Assembly (NCBI GenBank): GCA_949101405.1
Contig: CARYFM010000002.1
Span: 40,621-104,620, forward strand
Source: an uncultured Candidatus Saccharibacteria bacterium
GTDB taxonomy: Bacteria > Patescibacteriota > Saccharimonadia > Saccharimonadales > Saccharimonadaceae
Direction of reading: 5' to 3'
Length of the DNA: 64,000 bases
Shown: piece by piece, positions 1 through 9,771 of the stretch
Layout: each line of letters opens with the position of its first letter
How positions within the stretch are numbered: the first letter of the stretch is position 1
Program-made: the position numbers and the translations under genes
Notes under the pieces: model-generated
Databases searched by the model: none
Told to the model about the DNA's origin: nothing
What the model saw: only the letters and a program-made list of their open reading frames with translations

Positions 1-804
1 AATCCGCAGCCATTCATATACGCTTCAGGACGCTACCCCTCTCAGTTTGATAAAACTACCGTGGCTTTTCCGTTTGCTAGCGCCAAAAATGACAATGTTC
101 TAGTGTTTGATTTGCGTTATAATCTAGAAGAGATATTGCAAGCGGAGCAGGATGGCACTTATATTGAAAAATATGGCAATCATTGGCAGAAAGCTAACCC
201 CAAAAAGGCCAAAATTGATTTTTGCCCAATTGTCAAAACTTTGCAATATAATCATTGCCCGGCAGTTGCGCCTATTGGTGTACTGGAAAAAGATGATGGC
301 TGGAATAAGATCAAGCTCGCTAAAGAACAGATTGATGAAAATCTACAATGCTTGCAGAAACACCCAGAATTTACGGAACGCGTACAAAAAATCATTGATA
401 GTCGCCCCGAGTTTCCGCCCGCAGTAGACCCAGAATCGGCGCTTTATGATGGGTTTATTGATGATTGCGATCGTAAGCTTTGCGAGGTGGTGCGTAATAA
501 TGGCGCTGAGGATTTAGCGGATTTTCAGCCACCGTTCAGTGATGAACGTTTGCCGGATTTATTATTGCACTATAAAGCGAAGAATTTCCCTGAATGTCTA
601 GCGGCAAACGAAGTGGAACAATGGGAAAAATATCGCATTGCGCGCCTTAGTCGTCAAGCGCCTAAGTTTATGGCTGAGCTTACCAATATCCAAAAAGATC
701 TTGCCGCTGACAGACCCTGGGCGGGCAAAACAGTGGAGGATTGCGCCTATCTAGTAGAAGAACTGATGCTGTGGTATGAAAGTCTGCAACCAGGTGACTA
801 TTGA
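1..804 (+). CDS. sbcB: Exodeoxyribonuclease I, 5'-truncated by window edge
   Basis: Frame is open from base 1 (NPQPFIYASGRYPSQFDKTTVAFP...). Motifs YNHCPAVAP, LYDGFIDDCD and FSDERLPDLLLHYKAKNFP match the ExoI C-terminal half. Confidence 0.8.
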   Translation, partial: NPQPFIYASGRYPSQFDKTTVAFPFASAKNDNVLVFDLRYNLEEILQAEQDGTYIEKYGNHWQKANPKKAKIDFCPIVKTLQYNHCPAVAPIGVLEKDDGWNKIKLAKEQIDENLQCLQKHPEFTERVQKIIDSRPEFPPAVDPESALYDGFIDDCDRKLCEVVRNNGAEDLADFQPPFSDERLPDLLLHYKAKNFPECLAANEVEQWEKYRIARLSRQAPKFMAELTNIQKDLAADRPWAGKTVEDCAYLVEELMLWYESLQPGDY

Positions 805-838
805 TAAAACCTATATTTTGCTATATAATATACAGTCA

Positions 839-3721
839 ATGAATGATAACTATATCAAAGTCCGCGGTGCGCGGCAACACAATCTGAAAGATCTGGATGT
901 TGATATTCCGCGTGACAAACTAGTAGTGATTACTGGCTTATCTGGTAGTGGTAAGTCTAGTTTGGCTTTTGACACGATTTATGCTGAAGGGCAGCGTCGC
1001 TATGTAGAGAGCCTCTCTAGTTATGCTCGGATGTTCCTTGGAGTGATGGATAAACCAGACGTAGATAGTATTACTGGGCTTTCCCCAGCGATTTCAATCG
1101 ACCAGAAGTCAACTAGTCGTAACCCACGTTCTACCGTAGCTACAGTTACTGAAGTTTACGACTATCTGCGTCTTTTGTTTGCTCGTGTGGGCGTTCCGCA
1201 TTGTCCAATTTGTCACCGTGAGGTTTCGCGTCGCAGCGTGGAGGATATTATAAATGAAGTAATGAAACTCCCTCTAGGCAGTAAATTGATGCTACTAGCA
1301 CCAATTGTGAGTCAGAAAAAGGGTAGTTTTCAACATGTTTCTGAACAATATCAAGCTAAGGGCTTCTCGCGGGTGCGTATTGACGGAATTGTTTATGCTT
1401 TAGACGAATTTCCAGAACTAAATAAAAACGACCGTCATGATATTGAGATCGTGGTAGATCGTTTCATCCTTTCGCCAGATTTGCTCAGTCGTATTTCCAG
1501 TTCAATTGAACAAGCTTTAGAATTGGGTCAGGGAATTATTAAATTGCTCAAAATCAATGATAATTCTACTACCGTTGAGGGTAAAAAAATTAGCGAAGAC
1601 GACACGGAAGTGCTTACTTACTCTCAACGCTATGCCTGTGAACTTCATCCTGACGAATTAATCCCTGAACTGGAGCCTCGCCTTTTCTCCTTCAACGCTC
1701 CTCAAGGCGCTTGCCCTACTTGTACTGGTCTAGGCACACGTATGGAAATTGACCCCAGTTTGGTACTGAATCCTAATCTCACCATTGCTGAGGGCGGCAT
1801 TCGCCCTTTCAACCGCATTAATCAAGAATCTTGGTGGCTCAAGCGCCTCTCGGCTGTGGGTGAAAAGCATGGCTTCTCTATTCATGTACCAATCCATGAT
1901 TTGTCTGAAGACGCCATTCAAAAGATTCTTTATGGTACTGGTGATGAGAAATATAAAGTTGCTGTGGGTGGTCACGGCAAATGGGGCGACGGTGCCACTT
2001 ACCAATCTACTTACGAAGGCGTAATCCCCACCCTGGAACGGCGCCATCGCGAATCTGAGTCGGACTTTGTTAAGAAGGATATTGAACGGTTTATGCGGGT
2101 GCATGAATGTCAGACTTGCCACGGCGCTCGTCTTAAGCCTGCTGTGCTGGCTGTGACCGTCCATGGCTTAAGTATTGTAGACATGTGCAATTTAGATGTA
2201 GATGCTACCCTTGAAGTCCTAAATGGCGATCTAGAATTCTCTGAAAGCGAAGCGATGATTGCTGGACCAATTCTCAAGGAAATTCGCGAACGGGTTCAGT
2301 TTATGCAAGATGTGGGCTTGGGTTATCTAGAGCTTGGTCGGGCTGCGAATACTCTCTCTGGTGGTGAGGCTCAGCGTATTCGTCTGGCTACACAAATTGG
2401 CTCTGGTCTCCAAGGTGTGCTTTATGTGCTAGATGAGCCTAGCATTGGCTTACACCAGCGTGACAATGATAAATTAATCGCTACGCTTAAACACTTGCGC
2501 GATCTTAAAAATACCGTCCTAGTGGTTGAGCACGATGAAGACACTATGCGTGAGTCAGATTATATCATTGATATTGGTCCTGGTGCAGGTAAAAACGGTG
2601 GTCGTCTAATAGCGGCTGGCACTCCGGATGAGGTTGCGGCAAACGACGACTCTGTTACCGGCAAATATCTTTCTGGCAAACTAACCATTCCAGTCCCCAA
2701 GAAACGGCGCACGCCTAAAAAAGATCAAGAATTAGTGGTTGTGGGTGCTCGTGAGAATAATCTCAAAAATATCGATGTGCATTTTCCGTTAGGTGTGATG
2801 ACTGTGGTCTCGGGTGTATCTGGTAGTGGTAAATCTACTCTTGTGAATGACATTCTTGCTAATGAATTGTTGGCACGCTTACACCGTGCGCAAACTGTAC
2901 CAGGAGCACACGATAAAATTGAAGGAATCAAATATCTAGATAAGGCTATCGTGATTGACCAATCTCCAATTGGCCGTACGCCACGGTCTAATGCTGCTAC
3001 TTACACTGGCGTCTTTAATCAAATTCGTGAGCTTTTTGCCAAACAGCCCGAAGCGGAATTACGTGGCTACAAAGCTGGGCGATTTAGTTTTAATGTAAAA
3101 GGTGGTAGGTGTGAAACTTGCCAGGGTGATGGTGTAAATAAAATTGAGATGCATTTCTTGCCAGATGTTTACGTCACCTGTCCAACTTGTCATGGTAAAC
3201 GTTATAATCGTGAGGCTCTGGAGGTTAAATATAAAGGTAAAGATATTGCCGAAGTTCTAGATATGACTATTGATGAAGCCGTAGAGTTTTTTGCTAATAT
3301 CCCCGCTATTGCACCAAAACTCAAAACTATTCAGGAAGTAGGCTTAGGCTATATCAAATTAGGTCAGCCTGCAACAACATTTTCTGGTGGTGAAGCACAG
3401 CGCATTAAACTCGCTACGGAACTTTCACGTCGCAGTACCGGCAAAACTCTCTATATCCTCGACGAGCCTACTACCGGCCTACATACAGATGACGTTCGTC
3501 GCTTGCTCGAGATTCTCGGACGGTTAGTAGATGGTGGTAACTCGATGATTATCATCGAACACAATCTGCACGTAATTAAATGTGCCGACTGGATTATTGA
3601 TATGGGACCCGAAGGTGGTCTACATGGTGGGGAAGTGATGGCCGAAGGCACACCAGAACAACTAGCCAAACGCTCCGATACTCCGACAGGGAAATACCTC
3701 AAAGAGACTCTGGGACTATAA
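839..3721 (+). CDS. uvrA: Excinuclease ABC subunit A
   Basis: GARQHNLK, two Walker A motifs ([16 protein letters not shown]), LSGGEAQR signatures and zinc fingers. Start moved to ATG 839, just after a TATAAT box. Confidence 0.98.
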   Translation: MNDNYIKVRGARQHNLKDLDVDIPRDKLVVITGLSGSGKSSLAFDTIYAEGQRRYVESLSSYARMFLGVMDKPDVDSITGLSPAISIDQKSTSRNPRSTVATVTEVYDYLRLLFARVGVPHCPICHREVSRRSVEDIINEVMKLPLGSKLMLLAPIVSQKKGSFQHVSEQYQAKGFSRVRIDGIVYALDEFPELNKNDRHDIEIVVDRFILSPDLLSRISSSIEQALELGQGIIKLLKINDNSTTVEGKKISEDDTEVLTYSQRYACELHPDELIPELEPRLFSFNAPQGACPTCTGLGTRMEIDPSLVLNPNLTIAEGGIRPFNRINQESWWLKRLSAVGEKHGFSIHVPIHDLSEDAIQKILYGTGDEKYKVAVGGHGKWGDGATYQSTYEGVIPTLERRHRESESDFVKKDIERFMRVHECQTCHGARLKPAVLAVTVHGLSIVDMCNLDVDATLEVLNGDLEFSESEAMIAGPILKEIRERVQFMQDVGLGYLELGRAANTLSGGEAQRIRLATQIGSGLQGVLYVLDEPSIGLHQRDNDKLIATLKHLRDLKNTVLVVEHDEDTMRESDYIIDIGPGAGKNGGRLIAAGTPDEVAANDDSVTGKYLSGKLTIPVPKKRRTPKKDQELVVVGARENNLKNIDVHFPLGVMTVVSGVSGSGKSTLVNDILANELLARLHRAQTVPGAHDKIEGIKYLDKAIVIDQSPIGRTPRSNAATYTGVFNQIRELFAKQPEAELRGYKAGRFSFNVKGGRCETCQGDGVNKIEMHFLPDVYVTCPTCHGKRYNREALEVKYKGKDIAEVLDMTIDEAVEFFANIPAIAPKLKTIQEVGLGYIKLGQPATTFSGGEAQRIKLATELSRRSTGKTLYILDEPTTGLHTDDVRRLLEILGRLVDGGNSMIIIEHNLHVIKCADWIIDMGPEGGLHGGEVMAEGTPEQLAKRSDTPTGKYLKETLGL

Positions 3722-3804
3722 CTAAACCTATACTACTAGTACAGGTTTGAGAAATCTCTACCCCTGTTAGTTTTTAACAAAACCTATACCACTGATATAG
3801 GTTT
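3721..3804. repeat. Twin-palindrome element, copy 1 (inverted copy at 59653-59736)
   Basis: Two AAACCTATAC-N5-GTATAGGTTT-type palindromes flank a spacer. About 79/84 identity to the reverse complement of 59653-59736. Confidence 0.85.
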
Positions 3805-3810
3805 AGGGGT

Positions 3811-4182
3811 TCAGGCTTTTGGAACTTGCTCCCAGAGTTCAATTTTGCGTTCTATAACATCAATGTTTTCTTGTAAATCTTTGATTTGCTCCCACTGCTG
3901 ACGTCGGCGAGTTTCCAAGATAGCCTTACACTCGGCAATTTTTCCGGATTGTTCCAGACGGGCATATTGTTTGAGCTCACGGATTGTCATACCACTCCGA
4001 TTTAAGAAATATAGTGTCCGCACTAACTCTAGCTGCTCTGGATTCAATATGCGATAATGGTTGCGCTGGCGTTTGACACCAGTGACTGCGCCATGATTGA
4101 TGAGTTTACGTACGAAGGGTTTTGGTGCTCCTAATATGTTGCAAACCTCTCCAATCGTATAATTTTCTTTATCCATAATCAT
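3811..4182 (-). CDS. MerR-family transcriptional regulator
   Basis: YTIGEVCNILG helix-turn-helix, RNHYR wing, GMTIRELKQY and a C-terminal coiled coil. Confidence 0.85.
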   Translation of the reverse strand: MIMDKENYTIGEVCNILGAPKPFVRKLINHGAVTGVKRQRNHYRILNPEQLELVRTLYFLNRSGMTIRELKQYARLEQSGKIAECKAILETRRRQQWEQIKDLQENIDVIERKIELWEQVPKA

Positions 4183-4191
4183 ATTATAACA

Positions 4192-4227
4192 GAAAATTCC
4201 CCCACTCCTGCGAGAGAATGGGGGAAT
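4192..4227 (-). terminator. Likely intrinsic terminator after the 4243-4863 gene
   Basis: ATTCCCCCA/TGGGGGAAT stem followed by a T-rich run on the minus strand. Confidence 0.6.
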
Positions 4228-4242
4228 CTAGCAAAAGCTTAA

Positions 4243-4863
4243 TTATTGAACTGTAGCAGTAAATACTACGGTACCTTTGTAAATACCTTCCCTCTGACCA
4301 GTAGAAGCCGTAGCACCAAAGTGAACAAAAGTATCTTCGCTGTGGGTAGCAGAAGGAACATTGCCGTTAGCTTTGAGTTCAGCAGGAGTTGAACCCTTAC
4401 CAGGAACTGCAGCCCAACCAGTCAAATCTTTAGTGGCGTCTGTCAGCGATGTGCCAACAGTGTATCCCCAAGCGGAGGTGCCTTGTTGAGGCACGCCAGC
4501 CGGCAATTCAATGCCGTTCTCGTTCACTAGGGCGTTATTAGTGCTTTCAGTTGTCATTGTCAAGCTATAGGCTACATCACTTTGCACGCCAGCGTTAGTC
4601 TTGACAGTCACTTTTAGACCTTTACTTACGATGTCACCGTTGAGCTTGATTTGACCGAGGTCAACCAAGTTCTTGGCTACATCTGCGTCAGTTGCGCCGT
4701 TATCGACTTCAATCGAAATAGCACCACTAACCCCAACTTGAACGTCGGCGCTCGTGCTCTGGCTGTATGGTTCATCCGCCGCATACGAGCTAAGTGGCAA
4801 TGCAGCTACGCCAAGACCAGCTACGACGCCAAGGACGGCGATAGCTTTTGACATTTTAGACAT
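4243..4863 (-). CDS. Secreted WxL-like surface protein, variant A (no full promoter in this orientation)
   Basis: Signal peptide identical to the 5994-6569 gene. SAWGY and C-terminal GIYKGTVVFTATV resemble WxL-domain termini. Confidence 0.6.
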   Translation of the reverse strand: MSKMSKAIAVLGVVAGLGVAALPLSSYAADEPYSQSTSADVQVGVSGAISIEVDNGATDADVAKNLVDLGQIKLNGDIVSKGLKVTVKTNAGVQSDVAYSLTMTTESTNNALVNENGIELPAGVPQQGTSAWGYTVGTSLTDATKDLTGWAAVPGKGSTPAELKANGNVPSATHSEDTFVHFGATASTGQREGIYKGTVVFTATVQ

Positions 4864-4929
4864 AGTTTTCTCCTTTTTATTTGTCTATTTTGACATGTTT
4901 ATTTATATGACCTTTGTAATTGTTATTAT
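4775..4929 (-). repeat. 155-bp inverted repeat, left arm
   Basis: Exact reverse complement of 5928-6082. Covers ATAAT of the -10 box, the 5' UTR, the RBS and the signal-peptide codons. Confidence 0.95.
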
Positions 4930-4973
4930 GTTGAAGTATTCTTGCATAATACTAAATTAAAAGGAGCTATTTT

Positions 4974-5855
4974 ATGCAATATAGACTAGAGCAAATCGTA
5001 TCACCGCGCAGTGCGATTTATCGGCAAATTTATCAATATTACAATTATTGTGAGCATGTTCGTAATATGAGTCAGGCGTCGTTGACTAGCAAAATCTATG
5101 TTATAAATAATTTTTTACTTACTTCAGACCTGTCCAATTTGCGCAAAATCACCAATCAAATGATTTTTGACTGGATTAGCGCTCAACAGACGAGAGGTAA
5201 TACTGGCAGGTCAATCAATAATCGTCTTGCTCACTTGAAAGCAATGCTGCATTGGCAACAGCAAATGAATCTTATAATGCCCAAGCTAAAACTCTCACTA
5301 ATTACCAGAGTGAATGAACAACCACCACGTAAAGTAATTTTTACCAGAGAAGAGATTGCACGAGTACTGTTGCAGTCTAACCAGATAGAGTGGCTATTGA
5401 TTCACCTAGCTTTTGATTGTGGGCTGCGTATTAGCGAGATTAAAAATTTACAGCTCAAACATCTCCGGGCAGACCAGATTACAGTTGTTGGTAAAGGCAA
5501 AAAACGTCGCTACGCTTATATATGTCCAGTGGTCAAAAGACGACTAGAGGCTTGGATTTGCCAACATAAAATTCAGAAATATCTCTGGCCAAGTCAGATG
5601 TATCCCGATCTACCCTTATCAACCTGCACTTTGCGAAGCTATATGCAACAGGCTTTTCGGCGCTGTGGTTACGAGGATTTTTGCCCTCATGACCTCAGGC
5701 ATTCCTATGCTACAGACCTCAAACTTTTGGGAGTTCCTACACGGCAGATTCAGGCTGGATTGGGGCACGCAACAGAAGCTGTTACTGAGAAATATCTGAG
5801 CGATTTGGATGGTTTTGACCTAAGAAATATCTACCAAGTTAAGTATTCACTCTAG
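4974..5855 (+). CDS. Tyrosine recombinase/invertase (XerC/D-like fold)
   Basis: Complete catalytic set: GLRISE (R), GKGKK (K), HDLRH (H-x-x-R), LGH and TEKY (Y). Confidence 0.93.
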   Translation: MQYRLEQIVSPRSAIYRQIYQYYNYCEHVRNMSQASLTSKIYVINNFLLTSDLSNLRKITNQMIFDWISAQQTRGNTGRSINNRLAHLKAMLHWQQQMNLIMPKLKLSLITRVNEQPPRKVIFTREEIARVLLQSNQIEWLLIHLAFDCGLRISEIKNLQLKHLRADQITVVGKGKKRRYAYICPVVKRRLEAWICQHKIQKYLWPSQMYPDLPLSTCTLRSYMQQAFRRCGYEDFCPHDLRHSYATDLKLLGVPTRQIQAGLGHATEAVTEKYLSDLDGFDLRNIYQVKYSL

Positions 5856-5903
5856 CATGTGGAAAACTTTTATAAAAATCTAAAAAAATATCCAAAAAAT
5901 ATG

Positions 5904-5932
5904 TTGACTTAAGCATAACCGTCCTATATAAT
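5904..5932 (+). promoter_or_regulatory. sigma70 promoter for variant B, spanning the inner edge of the inverted repeat
   Basis: TTGACT (5904-5909), 17-bp spacer, TATAAT (5927-5932). Confidence 0.8.
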
Positions 5933-6082
5933 AACAATTACAAAGGTCATATAAATAAACATGTCAAAATAGACAAATAAAAAGGAGAAAACTATGTCTA
6001 AAATGTCAAAAGCTATCGCCGTCCTTGGCGTCGTAGCTGGTCTTGGCGTAGCTGCATTGCCACTTAGCTCGTATGCGGCGGA
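5928..6082 (+). repeat. 155-bp inverted repeat, right arm
   Basis: Exact reverse complement of 4775-4929. Confidence 0.95.
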
Positions 6083-6569
6083 CAACTATAGCCAAAGTGC
6101 CCAAGCGCAAGTTAAGGTGGAAGTTGGCGGTGCTATTTCCATCACGACTGACGCAACTGATGGCGTTGTCGACCTCGGTGAGATGAAAATCAACGGTGTT
6201 TCTACCACTAAAGATTTGAATGTTACTGTTAGCTCTAACAGCGAAATTGGTTACGATCTGACCATCAAGAGCGCCACTACTGACACTTCTTTGAAGACTG
6301 CAGATGGTGCTGAGATTCCAGCTGATGCTAATATTGCTGCTGGTACTTCGGCTTGGGCTTATCGCTTGTACGAAGCTGACGGCACTACTCCAGCGGCTTG
6401 GACTGCAATCACTGCTGCCCCGGTCAACATCCTTAGCCATACAGCTGACGCTGGCAACACTGGCGCAATGACTGGCAACACGAAAGTTAACTTTGGCGCT
6501 TCCGCTAGCGGTACTCAGGCTGAAGGTATTTATACTGGTACCGTAGTCTTTACTGCAACCGTTAAATAA
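5994..6569 (+). CDS. Secreted WxL-like surface protein, variant B (promoter-proximal)
   Basis: Same first 30 aa as variant A, diverged mature part. SAWAY and GIYTGTVVFTATVK C-terminus. Confidence 0.6.
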   Translation: MSKMSKAIAVLGVVAGLGVAALPLSSYAADNYSQSAQAQVKVEVGGAISITTDATDGVVDLGEMKINGVSTTKDLNVTVSSNSEIGYDLTIKSATTDTSLKTADGAEIPADANIAAGTSAWAYRLYEADGTTPAAWTAITAAPVNILSHTADAGNTGAMTGNTKVNFGASASGTQAEGIYTGTVVFTATVK

Positions 6570-6589
6570 TCTATCCATATAGATTCTTT

Positions 6590-6620
6590 AATCCCGTCCT
6601 CTCGCAGGGGCGGGATTTTT
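6590..6620 (+). terminator. Intrinsic terminator
   Basis: AATCCCGTCCT/GGGGCGGGATT stem followed by a T run. Confidence 0.7.
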
Positions 6621-6682
6621 CTTGTGCTTTGTCTTGATTTCTTCAAACCAGTGCTATATAATTATAGGAAATAAGGAGGTCA

Positions 6683-7609
6683 ATGAAAGTTTTTCAATAT
6701 TTGAAACATGTCTTGTTTGCGGTATTTGTATCCGTGACTATGGTAGTACTTGGTTCTGGTGCAGTACACGCTGACGAAATTCCAGATTATCGTTTACAAA
6801 TCTCACCCGCCAAGGAAGATATTGGCGAACTCAAGCCTGGAGAGGTGCGCACAGGTAAATTCAAAGTTCAAAATACTGGCTCTAAGCAGTTTGAGTTTAA
6901 GGTTGGAGTTTCACCGTATACTGTCATTGACCAGCACTACACTCCAGATTACAACAAGAACAATCAATATACCGATATCGTAAATTGGGTAACATTTTCT
7001 CAGGATTCTGGAACAGTTAGTCCAAATGGTGAAGTTGAGATTACTTACGAAATCAAGGTACCAACTGATGTTTCTGCTGGTGGTCAGTATGCCCTGTTGA
7101 CTGCAGAAACAGTTAGTGATCAAAATAACACAGGTGGTTCTGGCGTAGTTACAGTGAACCGGGTTGGTATGATTCTTTATTCTAATGTCCAAGGTAAAAC
7201 TCGCAAGACTGGCTCTATTATCGAAAATAAAGTTCCAAGTTTCTTATTTAACCCTCCAGTGTCTGCCACTTCCATTGTGGAAAATACGGGTAACACGCAC
7301 GCAAATGCTGAATATGTCTTACAAGTGTATCCATTGTTCGGTAATGAAGAAGTTTATACTAATGAAGAAAATCCAATGACACTGACTATCCTGCCAGAAA
7401 CACAGCGTTTCAATACAGTTACTTGGCCTAACGCGCCACATCTTGGTATTTTCCGTGTCAAGCAGACTGTCACTATCTTTGGAGAAACCTCAGTGACTGA
7501 AAAAGTTGTATTCCTCTGTCCAATCTGGTTTATGTTTATTGTTCTAGCTATTATTTTCTGTGCTATTTTCTGGATTGTCACTCGCATTCGTGCACGCAAA
7601 AATCGCTAA
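6683..7609 (+). CDS. Surface protein with signal peptide, Ig-like domains and C-terminal TM (DUF916/WxL-interacting-like)
   Basis: Signal peptide, VPTDVSAGGQYA, VENTGNTH, C-terminal hydrophobic helix and basic tail. Confidence 0.6.
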   Translation: MKVFQYLKHVLFAVFVSVTMVVLGSGAVHADEIPDYRLQISPAKEDIGELKPGEVRTGKFKVQNTGSKQFEFKVGVSPYTVIDQHYTPDYNKNNQYTDIVNWVTFSQDSGTVSPNGEVEITYEIKVPTDVSAGGQYALLTAETVSDQNNTGGSGVVTVNRVGMILYSNVQGKTRKTGSIIENKVPSFLFNPPVSATSIVENTGNTHANAEYVLQVYPLFGNEEVYTNEENPMTLTILPETQRFNTVTWPNAPHLGIFRVKQTVTIFGETSVTEKVVFLCPIWFMFIVLAIIFCAIFWIVTRIRARKNR

Positions 7610-7640
7610 TCAATAATAGGAGTTAGGAGGCTTATTTCAA

Positions 7641-8636
7641 ATGAAAAAAACTATTAGTATGGTCCTTGCTGGGCTTATGGTTATAGCTGGGGCTGTAGGG
7701 TGGCCACAGGATGTACATGCCGAGGAAGAGGCATCCACGCCAGAAACTTGGCTACAGTTATCACCAACCGCAGTTAATGTTACCCTGATGGGTGGAGATG
7801 TTCTAGAGGGAAAATCAGAAAAATGTCCAGCCAATGTCGAAGGTGGCTGTGTCATGGAAGTCAAAAATATCGGTACCAAGGGCTTTCGCTATCGCGTTTA
7901 TACTTCACCATATGTAGTTAAGGGTGAGAATTACGAGTTAGACTTTTCTGAGTCGTCCTCTACATCGTATACTCAAATTTCACGCTGGATCACTATTCTC
8001 AATGATAATGGTGAGTATGCCAAAGAAGCAGAATTTGCAATTGAACCAGGTGAAACCCAAACAATCCGTTATCGTATTGAAGTCCCAGAAGATGTACCTG
8101 GCGGTGCACAGTATGCTGTGATTTGGGCACAAACAATTGGCGCTGATGCAACTACTAGCACTGGAGTACAGACTATTTCTCAAGCAGGTATGGTTATCTC
8201 TGGTCGTACCATTGGTAATACTGAACAGACCGCTGAAGTTTCCGACTACGGTTTTACACGATTTGCCTTAGGCGGTCCACTTCAAGCTAAGGCCACCATT
8301 AAAAATACTGGTAATACTGATTTTGACGCATATTATACTTACACTGCACGTACTTTATTTGGTAAGGAGATTCATAGCGATAAGGGGTCAATTGCTACTT
8401 TTCCAGACACTGAATATCACGTTGACGTCAATTGGGAGAATCCACCACTTCTTGGCATTTTTCAGGTAGAATTCCGGGTTTCTGGCGCCGATACGGTAAA
8501 AACCGAGACTCATATTGTTGTGATTATGCCCATTTTCGTTATGGTTTTGTTAATTTTATTGTTGACAGTTGTAATTGCTTGGATTATAATCATAATCAGA
8601 AAGCGCAAAGAGCGCAAAGCCCGTACCCTCGTGTAG
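7641..8636 (+). CDS. Paralogous DUF916-like surface protein with C-terminal TM
   Basis: VPEDVPGGAQYA, IKNTGNTD, TM and KRKERK tail. Paralog of 6683-7609. Confidence 0.6.
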   Translation: MKKTISMVLAGLMVIAGAVGWPQDVHAEEEASTPETWLQLSPTAVNVTLMGGDVLEGKSEKCPANVEGGCVMEVKNIGTKGFRYRVYTSPYVVKGENYELDFSESSSTSYTQISRWITILNDNGEYAKEAEFAIEPGETQTIRYRIEVPEDVPGGAQYAVIWAQTIGADATTSTGVQTISQAGMVISGRTIGNTEQTAEVSDYGFTRFALGGPLQAKATIKNTGNTDFDAYYTYTARTLFGKEIHSDKGSIATFPDTEYHVDVNWENPPLLGIFQVEFRVSGADTVKTETHIVVIMPIFVMVLLILLLTVVIAWIIIIIRKRKERKARTLV

Positions 8637-8742
8637 TGGAATTCATGATGGTATAGGTAGCCGTGATACTATTGCGAGTAGTATCCTGCGAGACGGCAGC
8701 TCAGCGAATTCAAACAAAAACTAAACAGAAAGAGTGTAGAGT

Positions 8743-9672
8743 ATGCAAAAAACAAAGAAGCAACTTTTGGGCTTTGCTGGCTTAGCTGCTGTCGGTATAA
8801 TGACGGCGGTGGCCTATGCTATGCCGGCCGCAGCGGTGGATACGCCCCCAAGCGCAGACAATAGCGTTAATCTGAATGTCACCGTTCGGAATGGCGTCAA
8901 TAATGCTAGAATTTTGTCACCTCAAGATAAGAGTGTGACCGTTAACCCAGTCGTTCCAATTACTTATCAGTATGAAGAAACCACCAAAGTCGAAATGTAT
9001 ATTGAATACAAGGACGATAATGGTCAGCTTGTCAAAAAATTAGTTGACACATTTGCTCCGACCGATATTTCTGGTAGCCGTACCGTTAACCTTAACGTTA
9101 CAAACTACACTGACCGCGAAAATGATTATAAAGTTATCGTTGTTGCTACTGACGAACGGGGCTCAACTAGCGAAGATACCATTACTTTTAGCTACCGAGC
9201 TGTTAATGCCAACTTTGAGCCAAAACCAGCCATCAACGGTGACCCTATCATTGATATCGAAGTAAACGGTGAAGTTGAACAGGTAATTGTTCATATCTAT
9301 GATGAGGCTGGCAACCCGCTCTTTGTTGACAAAGACGGCAATGAAGTTCCAGTAGTGCTTAGTCGCGATGATATCGACCCAGCCACTGGCAAAATCATCA
9401 AGGATTTGCCATTCGGTGACTATAATGCAAAAGACGGTAAATATACCGCAGTTGTAGTAGCACGTAGCGCTGACGGTAATACAATATCCATGATTAGGCT
9501 AGATACTAATTACGCCTATGTTAATCCAAATGTACCCGATACTCCGGATACAGGTTTCACAATCAATAATCTCAACATTACCAGAGTAGACTATCTAGTT
9601 ACGGGCTTGATTGTCTTTGGCATGGTTGCAGGTTTCGCGCTTTACCTAGTACGTCGCAAGAGTCGCCGCTAG
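8743..9672 (+). CDS. Secreted Ig-fold surface protein with PDTG-TM-basic C-terminal anchor
   Basis: Signal peptide, beta-rich body, VPDTPDTG, then hydrophobic helix and RRKSRR. Confidence 0.6.
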   Translation: MQKTKKQLLGFAGLAAVGIMTAVAYAMPAAAVDTPPSADNSVNLNVTVRNGVNNARILSPQDKSVTVNPVVPITYQYEETTKVEMYIEYKDDNGQLVKKLVDTFAPTDISGSRTVNLNVTNYTDRENDYKVIVVATDERGSTSEDTITFSYRAVNANFEPKPAINGDPIIDIEVNGEVEQVIVHIYDEAGNPLFVDKDGNEVPVVLSRDDIDPATGKIIKDLPFGDYNAKDGKYTAVVVARSADGNTISMIRLDTNYAYVNPNVPDTPDTGFTINNLNITRVDYLVTGLIVFGMVAGFALYLVRRKSRR

Positions 9673-9771
9673 ACTTAGATTCTAAAATATAAAACTACCG
9701 GTAGTGAGTGAATGCCGGTAGTTTTTGCCACATATTGACCATACAGAGATTTAGTGATAAAATAGTGGAAA

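Noticed and set aside
3721..3804. MerR operator for the adjacent regulator
   Set aside because: It lies downstream of both flanking genes, not inside a -35/-10 spacer, and recurs 56 kb away between cassettes. Not excluded but unsupported.
4974..5855. Integron integrase, prophage integrase or chromosomal XerC/D with dif
   Set aside because: No attC array or phage genes are adjacent. The dif-like sites are paired at the edges of an inverted repeat around the gene, which fits a local invertase better.
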